This document shows, in pieces, positions 62,518-64,000 of a stretch of 64,000 bases of DNA. The notes under the pieces were generated by a model, which did not search any database, was not told where the DNA came from, and worked only from the letters and a program-made list of their open reading frames with translations. Origin of the DNA: Lobosporangium transversale (lineage: Eukaryota); NCBI RefSeq assembly GCF_002105155.1, contig NW_019028995.1, forward strand, positions 62,001-126,000, in the 5' to 3' direction. The stretch's first letter is position 1, and the number at the start of each line of letters is the position of its first letter. The translations under genes and the position numbers were made by a program.

Positions 62518-64000
62518 ATGCTCAGACTCATTCATCCTCAAGGACGACCTTTGCGTATTTTCTCAAGGGCCGCAACCCCTATGCGCCAACAGTTACCATT
62601 CTTTGACCACAGGAGGTTGCCTACTGCAATTAGGACATCCGCCACGTCCAAACCAAGACAGCCAACGGCTTCCTTCTCAACAACATCTACTAAGCTGTCT
62701 TCACCGGCGACGTTATCATCACCTTCTCCTCCACAACCCAAGCCAAAACGCTCACGGCTGTATCGCGCTGGCCGTGCATTGCTCATCACGGTTGTAGGGA
62801 TTCCCGTAGCCGGCACGTTGGCATCGTACGCATACGATGAGCTGTTTATGATTAAGGGCGATGACTTGCACCAAAAGCGCCCTCGTTACGTCATTGGTGG
62901 GCCAAAGAATCTAGTCATGACCCACGGCTGCCGTGGCAGCATCCTGAAAGCTGAAGAGATCCATGAGAATGATCCACGCCAGAGGCTGGTCATTCTTGGA
63001 AGTGGGTGGGGCGTAAGAATATCTACAAAGTCGATATGTTCACAGCAAAAGTCAGATATGAAAAACTTGATTACTCTCATAGCTGCTGACGCGATTGATT
63101 GTTGGTGTAAAAATAGGCTGTCTCAGTCATCAAACAATTGGATCCCAAAAAATTTCATGTCACAGTCATTTCACCAACGTAAGAACTCTTTTCTTTATTG
63201 TGTTCAGAATGTCGTCGTCTTGCATCTCAGCGTAATTAATACCTAGGACTCACCTTGATTGATGGTTTTTAGAAACTATTTTCTCTTTACTCCTTTGTTA
63301 CCGAGCGCAACGTAAGATACAACAAAACAGTTTTGTATATATATATAAAAAGCAACTGGCCAATTAATCATCCTTTCTTTGCATGTGTGTTTGGATAATA
63401 GTGTTGGTACACTGGAGCTTAGGTCAGTACATCTCATCGATCTGCTATTTTTTCAAGGAAATGTTGCATTATGAGCTGGAAGCCAGCGCATTAGGAAATA
63501 CTGAGTTGTTCACATGTTTATTCCTGCTTCAAGGTCTCTGATCGAGCCTGTTAGGAGACTCCTGTCGCGACTCGGGGGTTACTACCTCGAAGGACGCGCA
63601 GAAGATGTCGACTTTGAAAACCAGCTGGTAGAGGTTTCAGGAGTCAATGATAGCGAAGGGCGCAGATTCTATGGTAAGCAATGATCCTTTTACCGAGCTT
63701 AGATGTCTCAATAAAACTATAATCCCATATTGCTCCAAGTACTCATCAAGGGCCTTATCCTGTTCTCTTAGTTCCTTATGACAAATTGGTCATTGCCGTA
63801 GGCTCAGAGTCCATGACGCATGGTGTAGAAGGACTGGAGCACTGTAACTTCCTCAAATCAATCACGGATGCGCGTGATATCAGGAGGAAAGTCATGGAGA
63901 ACTTTGAGAAAGCTAGCCTGCCAACGACGTCGGATGAGGAACGGCGTCAGTTGCTTAGCTTTGTCATTTGCGGAGGTGGTAAGTAAAAAACATGTTTTTG
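62518..64000 (+). CDS. Type II (alternative, rotenone-insensitive) mitochondrial NADH dehydrogenase, 5' part; continues beyond the window
   Basis: Presequence and a hydrophobic segment, then LVILGSGWGA, ISP.NYFLFTPLLPS..VGTLE.RSLIEP, YDKLVIAVG and LSFVICGGG across several small exons. Confidence 0.92.

Overview
Eukaryotic, intron-rich fungal DNA. The gene set and protein style suggest an early-diverging fungus, probably Mortierellaceae/Mucoromycota (inference). Long poly(A)/poly(T) tracts are dense in introns and intergenic DNA. I read about 18 protein-coding genes: the 3' end of a peroxisomal ABCD transporter, a GPI-type chitin deacetylase, a small GPI-type wall protein, a copper-fist transcription factor, Ran, an ICE2/NARG2-like protein, ELP4, biotin synthase, alkaline ceramidase, RagC/Gtr2, an EVI5/Gyp5-like TBC RabGAP, a BCKDK-like kinase, Rtt109, an Nrg1-like C2H2 factor, a KAT14/ATAC2-like PHD-GNAT protein, RIB3, a Gcn4/CpcA-like bZIP and the 5' part of a type II NADH dehydrogenase. 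There is also one tRNA-Asp(GUC). The best candidate for an undescribed system is at 1.1-3.5 kb: a SINE-like non-autonomous retroelement with a tRNA-Asp-derived Pol III head, a LINE-like coding tail, a poly(A) tail and a perfect 16-bp target-site duplication (TSD). Two more 5'-truncated insertions of the same family lie beside it, all in the same orientation upstream of the tRNA-Asp gene. Other notable signals are a 3-nt microexon in the ceramidase gene, splice acceptors preceded by poly(A) rather than polypyrimidine, a two-uORF leader on the Gcn4/CpcA gene, and homologues of two subunits of complexes usually described in animals (LEC, ATAC). Exon boundaries were read by eye; no database searches were run.
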